This document shows positions 47,395 to 56,622 of a stretch of 64,000 bases of DNA, one piece after another. How positions within the stretch are numbered: position 1 is the first letter of the stretch; each line of letters opens with the position of its first letter. This DNA is from Oceanispirochaeta sp. GTDB lineage: Bacteria > Spirochaetota > Spirochaetia > DSM-2461. The stretch lies in contig CAXXOA010000001.1 of assembly GCA_963666275.2 (NCBI GenBank), forward strand, positions 448,001-512,000, in the 5' to 3' direction. The position numbers were made by a program, and so were the translations under genes. The notes below the pieces were generated by a model, which worked only from the letters and a program-made list of their open reading frames with translations, searched no databases and had not been told where the DNA came from.

Positions 47395-47741
47395 TAGGTA
47401 ATATTGCCCTTGTAACCGGGGTTCTGCTGATCCTTATCGGACTGTGGGGACTCCTGACCAACAAAGATATGATCCGCATGATTGTGGGATGCTCTCTTTT
47501 TGACCTGGGTGTGCATATTGTGATGCTCAGTGTGGGATACATAAGCGGCGGCACGGCCCCGATTGTCGAAAAGCTTGCAGATCCAGGTAAAACCTATGTG
47601 GACCCGGTTCCCCAGGCTCTTGTGCTGACTGCTATTGTGATCGGCCTGGGAATCACCGCTTTCATGCTGACCTATGCGGTGAGTCTCTATGAAAAAAAAG
47701 GGACCCTGGACATTGACAGGTTTGAGGAGCTGAAATGGTAA
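47391..47741 (+). CDS. mnhC: MnhC-like subunit (MbxG)
   Basis: DPVPQALVLTAIVIG motif. Confidence 0.9.
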   Translation: MIGNIALVTGVLLILIGLWGLLTNKDMIRMIVGCSLFDLGVHIVMLSVGYISGGTAPIVEKLADPGKTYVDPVPQALVLTAIVIGLGITAFMLTYAVSLYEKKGTLDIDRFEELKW

Positions 47742-50700
47742 ATCCGATTTTTCTCATAGTAATTGCCCTGGGTACCGCGTTTCTCCTCGGCCTGTTTCGA
47801 AAAGCCTCTGTATCCCTCCGGTCGGGACTGACCCTGCTGGCCCTGGCTGCCATGACAGCGGTTTCGGCCTTGTGGGTGTATGGTATCTTCTCCGGGAGCA
47901 CCCCGGGAATGGATGTTTTCACAGCGGGCTTCAAACCGCCCCTTTCCATTAGCCTCTCCCTGGGAAAGACAGAGGCTGTTCTTCTTCTGCTTGTCAATCT
48001 GACAGCTTTTATGAGCATGCTGTTCCTCAGAAAAGAGGTTCAATCCACATCGGTCTATATGCTGATGCTGCTGATGGTCTTTGTGACCGGTCTGAACGCT
48101 GTGGTTATGACAAGGGATCTGTTCAATCTTTTCGTGTTTATTGAAATTGTCAGCATCGCCTCTGCAGGTCTCATTGCCCTTAAAAGTGATCTCAGGCAGC
48201 TGAGCGCGGGATTCAAGTTTGTCATTGCCGGGGCCCTGGCCAGCGGATTCATGCTGCTGGGGATTATATTCGTCTACTACAGCACGGGATCCCTCAATCT
48301 GGATGTGATTGCCTCCACCCTGCCTGCGGCTCTGGCCTCCGCCGGGTTTGCGGGAATCTTTCTGGTTTTTATCGGAATGATCATGGAGCTGAAACCTTTT
48401 CCCGTGAACGGATGGGGACTGGATGTCTATGAAGCGGCCCAGCCTCCTGTGGCGGCTCTTGTGGCGGCCGGAACCGGCAGCGTTATGTTCTACGCCTTCA
48501 TTAAAGTTATGGCAGTCCTGGGCGGTCATTTTACAGGTGCCGCCATTGTGATCGGCGGGGCCACCTTCGTGGGCATGAATATTCTGGCCCTGAAACAGGA
48601 AAAGGCCCGCCGGCTCCTGGGATACTCCTCCATCAGCCAGATGGGCCTCCTTGTCATGGCCTACGGTCTTCTGAGGCAGACCGGAGCCCCCCGGCCGGAT
48701 GTTATCCTCTTCGGTCTCCTCATAACCCATGCCCTGGCCAAGGCCGGGCTCTTCTGGATCGCCGGTCTTGTGGAAAAGGAGAATATCCGGGACTGGGCAC
48801 TTATCCGGAGAAATCCGGCGGCTCTACTGGCTATGATCCTGGCTGTCTTCGGCCTCACCGCCTTTCCTCCTTTCCCTTCGTTTTTTGCCAAATGGGAACT
48901 GGTTATGGCCCTGGCGGGAAAAGGAGGATTCGGTTTCATCGCTGTGATTCTGGTGGGATCTTTCCTGGAAGCGGTCTATCTCTTCCGCTGGCTGGGATAT
49001 GCTCTGAAACTGGATTTCAGCAGGGATGAGCCCTTTAATACCTCGTCTCTTTCTGCTGTGCCCTCTCTTCTGTTCGGCCTGATTCTGGTGGGGCTCGGTT
49101 ACTTTATGGGCACCCCCTACGGAATCTCCTGGATCCCCCTTGGGGCGGTACTGGGTTTTCTGGTTCTGGACAGGCTGGATTCCCGGATCAAGAATACCTT
49201 TGCCCTGATCGTGATCGGTGCGTTCGGGTACCTGAACTACACCCACTATATGGGTGACCTTTTCAAGGTGATTTTTGCCGGTGTTTTTATTGGCGGCGCC
49301 TTTCTGACCACCCTGTCGGGATACTACTACAAAGGCCGAAGAGCCGGCTTCCATGCCTCTACCATGTCCATGTTTTTCGGGCTGTTCATGCTCCTTTCGG
49401 CGCAAACGATGCTGCAGTTCTTCTATGCCTGGGAGTTTATGGCCATCGGTTCCTACTTTCTGCTGATCCGGGGAAAGAAATCCATGCCCCACGGCTACAG
49501 CTATCTGATGTTCAGCATCGGCGGTTCCTTTGCCATGCTTATGGGCTTTGCCATGGCCTATCTTTCCAGCGGATCGGCGGGGATGGATGCGCTGCATCAT
49601 ATATCCGTGTATCCCGCCGTGGCCTACTCTCTGCTGCTTATCGGTTTTATGACCAAAACCGCCACCATGGGGTTCCATACCTGGCTTCCCGGAGCTCACG
49701 GTGAAGCTGTCGCGGACATTCACTTTATGGCTTCGGCGATCCTGCTGAAAGCGGGAGTCCTGGGAATCATCTACGTGCTTCTGGGAATGGACCTTAATAC
49801 GGCCTACAGTCACTGGATCCTGCTGACCCTGGGATGGCTGGGAATCCTCAGCTCCCTTATAGGCAATGTGAATGCCGCTTTTCAGGAGAGTGCCAAGAGG
49901 CTCCTGGCCTGGTCCAGTATCGGACAGCTGGGATACATTGTGTTCGGTCTGTCCACCATGAGTCATATGGGCTGGCTCATCGCCCTCTCCCTTTCGATCA
50001 CCCACTTCCTGTACAAGGGAATCCTCTTCCTTATAATCGGGGGGATCTCTCTGAAACTCGGTACACCCATGATGTATAAGATGGGCGGTATGATCCGGAA
50101 AATGCCCTTCAGCTTTCTGGCTGTTCTGATCGCCATTATCACCCTGTCGGGCATTCCTCCCCTGGTGGGATTCACAGCCAAGTGGATTCTCTACAATGTC
50201 ACCGTAGGCAACGGCCTCTATTTTCAGGGCGTTATTGCCTCCTTTGCCGGGCTCGTGGCGTTCCTCTATCTGTTCCGTCTGATCTTCTCCATCTTTCTGG
50301 GACAGCTGAAGGACGAACACCGGAAGGTGGGGGAGATCAATATCTGGTTTCTCATTCCCGTCTATCTTCTGATTACCTATATCATTGTGGTCTCCTTTCT
50401 GCCGGGAACCCTCCTGGGACCCATCGGAGACAAACTGATGGCCTTCTTTCCGGAAAACCCGATTATCTGGGAAGGCTATCTGGCTAAATCGGAACTGGGC
50501 TACTTCAACGGAACCATGATTATGAATGTCTTCATGACCCTCTTTGTGGTGAACTTCCTGATCCTCTTCCTTATGAACAGAAAAAGAGCCCAGAAGGTGG
50601 AACAGTTCAATATCGTCTATGCGGCGGAACGGCCGGCCAGGCCCGAAACCACTCATTTCGCCTACAACTTCTTCGCTCCCTACAGAAGGGCCGTGGGGGT

Positions 50701-50866
50701 ACTGGAATATCCTTTTGTCACCCGGTTCTGGAGCGGCCTCAGTGATATCCTTCACGCCCTGAGCGGTTTCTTCCGGAGGGTTTATACGGGAAACGGACAG
50801 ACCTATCTGCTGCAGATGGTCGTATTTGTGGTCGTCACCTATATGCTGACCAGAGGAGGAGTGTGA
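47735..50866 (+). CDS. Tandem fusion of two NuoL/M/N-type proton-conducting antiporter modules (MbxH-H'-like)
   Basis: Two copies of the module (DLFNLFVFIE / FFYAWE; LLGYSSISQMG / LLAWSSIGQLG; PPFPSFFAKW / PPLVGFTAKW). Confidence 0.88.
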   Translation: MVNPIFLIVIALGTAFLLGLFRKASVSLRSGLTLLALAAMTAVSALWVYGIFSGSTPGMDVFTAGFKPPLSISLSLGKTEAVLLLLVNLTAFMSMLFLRKEVQSTSVYMLMLLMVFVTGLNAVVMTRDLFNLFVFIEIVSIASAGLIALKSDLRQLSAGFKFVIAGALASGFMLLGIIFVYYSTGSLNLDVIASTLPAALASAGFAGIFLVFIGMIMELKPFPVNGWGLDVYEAAQPPVAALVAAGTGSVMFYAFIKVMAVLGGHFTGAAIVIGGATFVGMNILALKQEKARRLLGYSSISQMGLLVMAYGLLRQTGAPRPDVILFGLLITHALAKAGLFWIAGLVEKENIRDWALIRRNPAALLAMILAVFGLTAFPPFPSFFAKWELVMALAGKGGFGFIAVILVGSFLEAVYLFRWLGYALKLDFSRDEPFNTSSLSAVPSLLFGLILVGLGYFMGTPYGISWIPLGAVLGFLVLDRLDSRIKNTFALIVIGAFGYLNYTHYMGDLFKVIFAGVFIGGAFLTTLSGYYYKGRRAGFHASTMSMFFGLFMLLSAQTMLQFFYAWEFMAIGSYFLLIRGKKSMPHGYSYLMFSIGGSFAMLMGFAMAYLSSGSAGMDALHHISVYPAVAYSLLLIGFMTKTATMGFHTWLPGAHGEAVADIHFMASAILLKAGVLGIIYVLLGMDLNTAYSHWILLTLGWLGILSSLIGNVNAAFQESAKRLLAWSSIGQLGYIVFGLSTMSHMGWLIALSLSITHFLYKGILFLIIGGISLKLGTPMMYKMGGMIRKMPFSFLAVLIAIITLSGIPPLVGFTAKWILYNVTVGNGLYFQGVIASFAGLVAFLYLFRLIFSIFLGQLKDEHRKVGEINIWFLIPVYLLITYIIVVSFLPGTLLGPIGDKLMAFFPENPIIWEGYLAKSELGYFNGTMIMNVFMTLFVVNFLILFLMNRKRAQKVEQFNIVYAAERPARPETTHFAYNFFAPYRRAVGVLEYPFVTRFWSGLSDILHALSGFFRRVYTGNGQTYLLQMVVFVVVTYMLTRGGV

Positions 50867-50867
50867 G

Positions 50868-51806
50868 ATGGAATTCAAATACATCCATATCCTGTATGCA
50901 GCCATTACCATCTTTCTGACCATAAACTACGGTCTTCTGCTGCAGGGTATCATAGGAAAAATCTATGCCCGGGTGGGCAAAAGAATCGGCATCAGGATCT
51001 ATCAGCCCTGGATCAATATTATCCGTCAGTGGGTGACCCGGTCATCCATTCATCACGGGGTCATGTACTATCTGGGGCCGGTCTTCCGTTTTACAGGGGG
51101 CGGCGGAATCCTCATCTTTCTGCCTCTGGTGTACGGCGTGCCCCTGTTCTCCTCCTTTGTGGGAACAGGAGATCTGCTGCTGATCCTCTACTTTATGTTT
51201 ATAGGAACCCTGGGGATGGCCCTGGGAGGCGGAGAAGCGGGGCATCCCTATTCGGCCATCGCGGTTACCCGGGGACTCAGCCAGGTGACTGCCGCGGAGG
51301 TTCCTCTGGTTCTGGCTATCTTCTCCATTTCCATCCAGTACGGAACCATGGATATTATGAAGATTGTGGGTGCTCAGCAGGGGAGCGTTCTCAACTGGAC
51401 CCTCTTTACCAACCCCCTGGCCACGGCTGCGGCTATGATCGCCTTTCTGGGATCCATGATGCGGAGCCCCTTTGATGTGGTCATAGCTCCCCAGGAGATC
51501 CCCATCGGACCTCCCACGGAGTATCAGTCCCAGTTTCTGGCTATGCTTATGACCAACAGGACCATCTTTCCGGTAGCAAAGACTGTCTTTTATGTGAACC
51601 TCTTTTTCGGAGGAGTGGCTCTTTATGACAGCTACCTTCTGACGTTTCTTGTTTTCTTCCTCAAGACCTTCTTCGTTTACATGTGGTCTGTGTTCGTCGG
51701 TGTCTCCTTCCCCCGGTTCCGGGTGGAACAGAGTATCCGGTTCTTCCTGAAATGGCCTCTCCTGATCGGAGCGGCAGCCGTTATTGCGGCTCAGATAAGG
51801 TATTGA
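50868..51806 (+). CDS. NuoH-like membrane subunit (MbxM)
   Basis: ARVGKRIG...QPW, PFDVVIAPQEIPIGPPTEY and PRFRVEQ motifs. Confidence 0.88.
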   Translation: MEFKYIHILYAAITIFLTINYGLLLQGIIGKIYARVGKRIGIRIYQPWINIIRQWVTRSSIHHGVMYYLGPVFRFTGGGGILIFLPLVYGVPLFSSFVGTGDLLLILYFMFIGTLGMALGGGEAGHPYSAIAVTRGLSQVTAAEVPLVLAIFSISIQYGTMDIMKIVGAQQGSVLNWTLFTNPLATAAAMIAFLGSMMRSPFDVVIAPQEIPIGPPTEYQSQFLAMLMTNRTIFPVAKTVFYVNLFFGGVALYDSYLLTFLVFFLKTFFVYMWSVFVGVSFPRFRVEQSIRFFLKWPLLIGAAAVIAAQIRY

Positions 51807-51808
51807 TT

Positions 51809-52474
51809 ATGGCAAAGATGAATTATGGAAAACGCAAAGCCGATCTGGAAAGACGGACTGTGACGGGACCCGACGGGGAAACCTTTGAAGTGGATCCCAT
51901 GAAAGACTACTTTTCCCAGGAGCCCCCGAAGGTCTACGAACCTTCCAGGCTGACTCCCATGGAAAAATTCTACAACTGGTGCCGGGCCGAATCCATCTAT
52001 ATCCTGGGGTTCGGAACCGGATGCGGCGCCATCGAGATGCGGCCCCTTATGAGCCCCATGTACGATGCCTACCGCTACGGTATCCACTGGCGTCCCACGC
52101 CCCGGCAGTCCACGGTTTTTGTGATCGGCGGTTATGCCTCGGTCAAAACCATCAAAAGGATTGTCCGCAGCTATGAACAGATGCCCGGACCCAAATACGT
52201 TCTGGCTGTCTGCAGCTGCACCATCAACGGCGGCATGTACTGGGACTCCTACAACACAATCAACCGGCTGGATCACTACATACCAGTGGATGTTTATGTC
52301 ACAGGCTGTATGCCCCGGCCCGAAGCGATTCTGGATTCTGTAGAGACTCTGAAAAAAAGGATCAAAGAGGGACGGGCCGAAGGGCAGAATAAATATGCGG
52401 AAAATTTCGACTGGTACAAGGCGAATCAGAAGAAAATCATAAAAGACTGGGATATGCCCGACTACAACTGGTAA
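51809..52474 (+). CDS. NuoB-like Fe-S subunit (MbxJ)
   Basis: FGTGCGAIE, PRQS, YEQMPGPKYV, CSCTINGG and GCMPRPEA motifs. Confidence 0.88.
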   Translation: MAKMNYGKRKADLERRTVTGPDGETFEVDPMKDYFSQEPPKVYEPSRLTPMEKFYNWCRAESIYILGFGTGCGAIEMRPLMSPMYDAYRYGIHWRPTPRQSTVFVIGGYASVKTIKRIVRSYEQMPGPKYVLAVCSCTINGGMYWDSYNTINRLDHYIPVDVYVTGCMPRPEAILDSVETLKKRIKEGRAEGQNKYAENFDWYKANQKKIIKDWDMPDYNW

Positions 52475-52486
52475 GGAGGTTCACCG

Positions 52487-53035
52487 ATGGAAACAGTCAT
52501 TAAAAATGTACGGAAACAGTTTGAATTGTCCGATGTCACCTCCGCCCACGGGTACTTTGTTACCTGTGAAAAGAAGGATGCCGTCAGTGTCCTGTCCTAT
52601 CTGAAGAGCAGTGAGGGCTTTACCCATCTGGTCCTGATCACTGCGGTGGACTGGATCGAGGAGGGCAGGTTTCAGCTGACCTATCTTCTCAACAATCCGG
52701 TAATGAAAAAGGAGCTGGGAGTCAGGACTTTTATTGAAAGGAGCGTCTGGCCGGCAGAGTCGGAAATGTTTACGGCCCATCATCTCTGGCCGGCGGCAAA
52801 AACCTATCAGAGGGAACTCCACGAAATGTTCGGCATCGACTTTCCCGGGAGCCCCGAGATCGACGAACCCCTGATACTGGAATACTGGGATGATATTCCC
52901 CCCTACAGAAGGGACTTCGACACGAAAAAGTACTCCGAAGAGACCTACTTTCCCCGTGAGGGACGGAGCACCAGTGATCCGGCTGAGTATATGAAAGAGA
53001 AGCTCTACCCCCGGGAAGGAGAGAAGAATGCTTGA
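52487..53035 (+). CDS. NuoC-like subunit (MbxK)
   Basis: ITAVDW, QRELHEMFGIDFPG and PPYRRDF motifs. Confidence 0.88.
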   Translation: METVIKNVRKQFELSDVTSAHGYFVTCEKKDAVSVLSYLKSSEGFTHLVLITAVDWIEEGRFQLTYLLNNPVMKKELGVRTFIERSVWPAESEMFTAHHLWPAAKTYQRELHEMFGIDFPGSPEIDEPLILEYWDDIPPYRRDFDTKKYSEETYFPREGRSTSDPAEYMKEKLYPREGEKNA

Positions 53036-54209
53036 TTACGGAGAAAAGAACAGAGAGCTGTTTCCTGAGACAAAGAGTGACGGTACCGTGGACATCGATC
53101 TCTCCAGCGGGAAGTTCACCAAGCTCTGGCACGGCCCCAACCATCCTGGAATCACAGGGAACATGTCCCTGGAACTGACCCTTCTGGGGGACGAAATCAT
53201 GGAGTCCAAAACCCACGTGGGATACCTTCACCGGGGGTTTGAGAAACTTATGGAGCGGCGCCGGTTTATCAACAACTTCCCCCTGGTCTGCCGGGTCTGC
53301 GTTCCAGAGCCTGACTTCAACGAGTACTGCTACGCCGCGGCCCTGGAGGAACTGGCAGGGGTGGAAATCCCTGAAAATGCCCAGTGGATCCGGACCCTTA
53401 TCCTGGAGATGGCCCGGCTCCAGTCCTATCTGATGTGGATCGGCGGTCAGGCCGGTGCTTTCGGTATGGGAATGATTGGCCAGTGGACCCTCTGGGCCCG
53501 CGACCGGGTTCTGCAGATGTTCGAAGAGCTCTCGGGGGGGAGGATCTATCATATCTTCATCATTCCCGGGGGAGTCAGGAATAATCTGACCGACGGTTTC
53601 AAGGGACGGATGCTGGAATGCCTGGCCGATGTGACATCCATTCTGGATGATGTGGAACGGGTACTCTTCAACAATGCGGTCTTCAAAAAACGGACTGTCG
53701 GACTGGCCGTGATCGATCCCGACTGGGTGGATGAGTACGGCATCACCGGCCCCAATGCCCGGGCGGCGGGTGTTCCCAAAGACGTTAGGAAGGACAATCC
53801 CTATCTGAAATACCCTGAACTGGATTTTGAAGCTGTCACCGGCACCGATTCGGATGTCTACACCCGGGCGAGAGTCCGCTTTGACGACTGCCGGCAGACT
53901 GTGGATCTGATCCGCCAGATTCTGGAGAGAACTCCCGAGTCGGGAGAGTTCAAGGCGAAGATGCCCAGTATGCTCCACTGGAAAATCCCTGCGGGAGAGA
54001 CCTATAAAAAGGCCGAGTGTACCCGGGGGGAATACGGCTATTACATTGTCACAGACGGCTCGGGCTATCCCCGGAGGGTGAATGTCCGTGGTCCATCCTA
54101 TACCCATGCGGTCACTCTGGCCGAAAAAATGCTGGTTAATGCCAACCTTGCGGACGTGGCGGGGACCCTGGTCTCCCTCCATACCTATCCGCCCGAAGTG
54201 GAGAGATAA
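53028..54209 (+). CDS. NuoD-like catalytic subunit without a complete NiFe site (MbxL)
   Basis: GPNHPG, GYLHRGFEKL and CRVCVPE motifs; C-terminus YPPEVER has no Cys. Confidence 0.88.
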   Translation: MLDYGEKNRELFPETKSDGTVDIDLSSGKFTKLWHGPNHPGITGNMSLELTLLGDEIMESKTHVGYLHRGFEKLMERRRFINNFPLVCRVCVPEPDFNEYCYAAALEELAGVEIPENAQWIRTLILEMARLQSYLMWIGGQAGAFGMGMIGQWTLWARDRVLQMFEELSGGRIYHIFIIPGGVRNNLTDGFKGRMLECLADVTSILDDVERVLFNNAVFKKRTVGLAVIDPDWVDEYGITGPNARAAGVPKDVRKDNPYLKYPELDFEAVTGTDSDVYTRARVRFDDCRQTVDLIRQILERTPESGEFKAKMPSMLHWKIPAGETYKKAECTRGEYGYYIVTDGSGYPRRVNVRGPSYTHAVTLAEKMLVNANLADVAGTLVSLHTYPPEVER

Positions 54210-54210
54210 G

Positions 54211-56067
54211 ATGGGAAAATCGAGTAAAACAAGCTTTAAGGACGTTCTGTATCCGTTTACCACATGGAAAAATATCCTGAAGGAGCCGGTGACCATCCGG
54301 CATCCTGAAAAAAGGGAGGGCTCCGACCGGTACAGGGGATTCCATACCAACGATATTGATAAATGCATAGGCTGCGGCACCTGTGAAGAGATCTGCCAGA
54401 ATGCGGCGATCGACCTGGTTCCTTGCGAGGGAGTTGAAACCAAACCGGGAGATTCGGGCCTCCGGCCCCGGGTGGACTACGGCCGCTGCTGCTGGTGCGC
54501 CCTCTGTGTGGATGTATGCACAACCAACTCTCTGGGAATGTCCAACAACTTCCGCTGGTCCGTGGAGGGGGAGAACAAAGAGGACGTTCTCACAGGTTCT
54601 TCAGGGTCTCCCGACGACTACCGATTTATCATCGGTGCGGAGGGGAAGTACTGGGACAAGGCGGAAAAAGGGTATAAAAAGCCCGAAGATTACGATCTGA
54701 CACCCCCCGAGCGGGTGGGGATGGATCATCTCTCTGTAGAGGAGAGGGGCGAATCCTTTGTGGAAATGATGAAGGGCTATTCGAAGGAGCAGGCCCTGAA
54801 AGAAGCGGACCGCTGTGTGGAGTGCGGTATCTGCACCGCCACCTGCCCGGCCCATATGGGAATTCCCGCCTATATAAAAGCCATCCGGGAGGATGATCTG
54901 GAAGAGGGGCTGAGGATCCTTTACGAAACGAACCCTCTGCCCGAAGTGTGCGGACGGATCTGTACCCACAAGTGCGAAACAGTCTGTTCCATCGGACATA
55001 AGGGGGATCCCCTCTCTATCCGCTGGCTCAAGCGCTATATCGCTGACAATGTGCCGGCTGAAAAATATAAGGAGATCCTGGGGACTTCGGACATCGCAAA
55101 AAACGGCTGGAAAGTGGCAGTGGTGGGATCCGGGCCTTCCGGGCTGTCAGCGGCTCACTACCTGTCTCTTATGGGCTATCAGGTGACAATCTTTGAAGCC
55201 CTGCCCCGGGCGGGAGGGATGATGAGATACGGAATCCCCGAATACCGTATGCCCTACGATCAGATCGACAAGGATATCAGCTATATTACCTCTCTGGGCG
55301 TGGAGATCCGGACAAACTGCAAAGTGGGGAAGGAGATAACTCTGGATGAGCTGAAGGAGCAGTACGATGCAGTCTTCGCCGGAACGGGCCTCCATCTGGG
55401 CCGGTCTACCCGGATCGAAAATTCCGACCATAAGAAGGTCTATCAGTCCATCGATCTGCTGCGGCAGATTACCCTGGGAGAAGATATTTATGTTCCCGAA
55501 AAAATTGTGATCATCGGAGGAGGGAATGTGGCTATGGATATAACCCGCTCCCTGGCCCGGAAGCAGAGACAGAAGTACGGTAAGGTGGACATCGTTACCA
55601 CCTGTCTGGAACCGGCCGACGGCATGCTGGCAGATGATGAAGAGGTGGAGGAAGCCCGGGAAGAAGGAGCTGTTATTACTCCCTCCTACGGCCCCCAGAG
55701 TATCGAGATCATCGATGAGGAATGGGTAAAAGGCCTTCATGTGGCGAAATGTCTGCATATTTTTGACGAAGAAGGACGGTTCAATCCTGCCTTTGACAGG
55801 GAGAACTCCCGGTTTTATGAGGCTGATATGATCATAGAATCGATCGGTCAGGCTTCGGATATTTCCTACATTCCCGAGAGCCTGCAGAACAGCCTGGAAT
55901 TCAATCCCCGCCGGCAGATCCTGGCCGATCCGGATTTTCAGGTGAAGGGGCAGCCCTGGCTCTTTGTGGGCGGGGATATCGCCAGAGGGCCGGATGTCAT
56001 AAACGGGATCGCTACCGGTCATCTGGCGGCCGTGGGAATCGACAGATACCTGAAGGAGGAGTCTTGA
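54211..56067 (+). CDS. NuoI/MbxN 2x[4Fe-4S] domain fused to a GltD/SudA-like FAD/NAD(P)H oxidoreductase
   Basis: YRGFH...CIGCGTCEEIC and CCWCALCVDVC, then EADRCVECGICTATCP, CGRICTHKCE, GSGPSG, GGGNVAMD and GGD. Confidence 0.9.
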   Translation: MGKSSKTSFKDVLYPFTTWKNILKEPVTIRHPEKREGSDRYRGFHTNDIDKCIGCGTCEEICQNAAIDLVPCEGVETKPGDSGLRPRVDYGRCCWCALCVDVCTTNSLGMSNNFRWSVEGENKEDVLTGSSGSPDDYRFIIGAEGKYWDKAEKGYKKPEDYDLTPPERVGMDHLSVEERGESFVEMMKGYSKEQALKEADRCVECGICTATCPAHMGIPAYIKAIREDDLEEGLRILYETNPLPEVCGRICTHKCETVCSIGHKGDPLSIRWLKRYIADNVPAEKYKEILGTSDIAKNGWKVAVVGSGPSGLSAAHYLSLMGYQVTIFEALPRAGGMMRYGIPEYRMPYDQIDKDISYITSLGVEIRTNCKVGKEITLDELKEQYDAVFAGTGLHLGRSTRIENSDHKKVYQSIDLLRQITLGEDIYVPEKIVIIGGGNVAMDITRSLARKQRQKYGKVDIVTTCLEPADGMLADDEEVEEAREEGAVITPSYGPQSIEIIDEEWVKGLHVAKCLHIFDEEGRFNPAFDRENSRFYEADMIIESIGQASDISYIPESLQNSLEFNPRRQILADPDFQVKGQPWLFVGGDIARGPDVINGIATGHLAAVGIDRYLKEES

Positions 56068-56068
56068 A

Positions 56069-56506
56069 ATGGGTGAAATGCGGATCTCTGATATTCTGAA
56101 ATATTCCATAAAAATCGAGCATGAGAGCATGCTGTTTTATGACAGTGCGGAACCCCGGGCCTCTTCCGAGGAAACCAGAACCCTTTTAAAAGATCTGGCG
56201 GCGGAAGAGGTAAAGCATGAAAACCGGCTGTCCGAACTTCTCAATGGTATAGAAGACGGTGCGGCCCGGGGTTTTGACCATACCAGTCTGGAGAACCTGA
56301 TACGGAACCGGGAGATACCAGAAGGGGCTGATCAGGAGACTATTCTGAAAATAGCTCTGGAGAGGGAGGAACACACCAGGGATTTCTACAGTCAGGTTCT
56401 GACCCTGACGAATCTGGAAGCCAATGTGGTCGATGTTTTTGATATGCTCCATAAGCAGGAGTCGGGGCATGTGACACGTATTATAGGTCTTCTGGGTAAT
56501 CTCTGA
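56069..56506 (+). CDS. Ferritin-like / rubrerythrin-type diiron protein
   Basis: Duplicated E...FY...ExxH helix pairs (EEVKHE, QESGHV). Confidence 0.82.
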   Translation: MGEMRISDILKYSIKIEHESMLFYDSAEPRASSEETRTLLKDLAAEEVKHENRLSELLNGIEDGAARGFDHTSLENLIRNREIPEGADQETILKIALEREEHTRDFYSQVLTLTNLEANVVDVFDMLHKQESGHVTRIIGLLGNL

Positions 56507-56526
56507 GACAGTCTCACTTCACAGCA

Positions 56527-56556
56527 GGGGCTTCCGCCGGACGGAAGCCTTTTTTT
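56527..56556 (+). terminator. Rho-independent terminator closing the Mrp-Mbx operon
   Basis: GGCTTCCG-CCGGA-CGGAAGCC followed by T7. Confidence 0.85.
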
Positions 56557-56622
56557 ATAAAAAATTGTGTTCTCAAATATAGAAAATAATCTATACTCAG
56601 GTTAAGGGGATGTAGTTTTAAA

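Noticed and set aside
48824..50923. 699-aa antisense ORF (also 52770-54443)
   Set aside because: Shadows of the Mbx genes with biased, non-protein-like composition.
53028..54209. NiFe hydrogenase large subunit
   Set aside because: The C-terminal DPCxxC motif is missing and no maturation genes are nearby.
54211..56067. Glutamate synthase small subunit (gltD)
   Set aside because: No gltB is adjacent, and the domain is fused to a NuoI-like ferredoxin domain inside a respiratory operon.
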